This document shows positions 26,444-27,242 of a stretch of 27,242 nt of DNA, piece by piece (position 1 is the first letter of the stretch; each line of letters begins with the position of its first letter). This DNA is from Candidatus Segetimicrobium genomatis (GTDB taxonomy: Bacteria > Sysuimicrobiota > Sysuimicrobiia > Sysuimicrobiales > Segetimicrobiaceae): contig VBAO01000001.1 in NCBI GenBank assembly GCA_005883865.1, positions 1 through 27,242 on the forward strand, in the 5' to 3' direction. The translations under genes were made by a program, and so were the position numbers. The notes beneath the pieces were generated by a model. The model made no database searches. It was not told the origin of the DNA and worked only from the letters and a program-made list of their open reading frames with translations.

Positions 26444-27242
26444 ATGAACGACTGGCCCTTGGTCACGATTCTGATCCCGATGCGTAACGAGCACCGATTT
26501 ATCGCGACGTGTCTCGACTCAGTGCTTGCCAACGATTACCCGAAGGCGCGCGTGGAAGTCTTGGTGATCGATGGGATGAGCACGGACGACTCGAGGGAGA
26601 TCGTCGAGGCGTACCGTCAGAGACATCCCCACATTCGACTGCTCAGCAGCCCGAAACGGCTCCAAGTGGCGGCGCTGAACATAGGTCTCCGTCAGGCTCG
26701 CGGTGAGTATGTCGTTCGGATGGATGCGCACACCCGCTATGCGTCGGATTATGTTCGCAAGTGTGTGGAGCTGCTCCAGACCACCGATGCCGACAATGTG
26801 GGAGGGGTTCAGCGTGCGATAGGAACCACGTATGTCTCCCGTGCCGTCGCGGTGGCCATCACCACGCCGTTCGGGACCGGCGATGCGTATTTTCGCTATG
26901 CCCGGCGGGAAATGTGGGTGGATACGGTGTATCTTGGGGCGTGGCGCCGAGCGACGTTGGAAGCCCTGGGGGGCTTCGACGAGAGCTGGGCTGTCAACGA
27001 GGATTATGAGCTCAATTATCGGCTGCGCCGAGCCGGCGGCCGCATCCTCCTGTCGCCCGAGATCACGTGCTTCTATTACGTCCGTGCGTCGCTTGAGGAA
27101 CTGGCGACCCAGTATTTTCGCTATGGTTTTTGGAAGGTGAAGACACTGTGCAGCCATGCCGAGTCGCTGCGCTGGCGGCAGCTCGCTCCGTGTGTCCTCG
27201 TCATCGGTCTGCTCGCGTCGATCGCGCTCCTGCCGTTCCGGC
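26444..27242 (+). CDS. Glycosyltransferase family 2, ExoA-like; 3' truncated by window edge (absent from the ORF track)
   Basis: Hand translation from ATG 26444: MNDWPLVTILIPMRNE...EVLVIDGMSTD...ALNIGL...YVVRMDAH...NVGG...GGFDESWAVNEDYELNYRLR...QYFRYGFWK; no stop before the window end. Confidence 0.9.
   Translation, partial: MNDWPLVTILIPMRNEHRFIATCLDSVLANDYPKARVEVLVIDGMSTDDSREIVEAYRQRHPHIRLLSSPKRLQVAALNIGLRQARGEYVVRMDAHTRYASDYVRKCVELLQTTDADNVGGVQRAIGTTYVSRAVAVAITTPFGTGDAYFRYARREMWVDTVYLGAWRRATLEALGGFDESWAVNEDYELNYRLRRAGGRILLSPEITCFYYVRASLEELATQYFRYGFWKVKTLCSHAESLRWRQLAPCVLVIGLLASIALLPFR

Noticed and set aside
1-27242. CRISPR arrays, tRNA/rRNA, IS elements, intrinsic terminators
   Set aside because: No spaced direct repeats, cloverleafs, transposase/integrase motifs or U-tailed hairpins seen by eye; short intergenic inverted repeats (e.g. 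14686-14702, 16774-16800) have weak stems.

Overview
High-GC bacterial DNA holding 20 co-oriented (+ strand), tightly packed and often stop/start-overlapping genes; the first and last run off the window edges. It is the interior of a large Wzx/Wzy-type exo/capsular polysaccharide locus: Wzx flippase, O-antigen ligase/polymerase-family membrane protein, three GT4 and one GT2 glycosyltransferases and an AlgD-like nucleotide-sugar dehydrogenase. The tailoring set is unusually rich: two AsnB-like amidotransferases, two CelD/BcsL-type GNATs, an ATP-grasp ligase, a flavoprotein, a SAM methyltransferase, a heparinase II/III-fold protein and two beta-propellers. Embedded in it is a sulfate-activation cassette (cysD plus a cysN-cysC-cysC triple fusion) and a TauE/SafE permease, but no recognisable PAPS-dependent sulfotransferase or sulfate-reduction gene. 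The best lead is the orphan beta-propeller just upstream of cysD, which carries His/Asn/Arg motifs in the order seen in aryl-sulfate sulfotransferases and may be a non-canonical polysaccharide sulfotransferase. I saw no RNA genes, CRISPR arrays or mobile elements. All calls come from reading motifs by eye, with no database searches.
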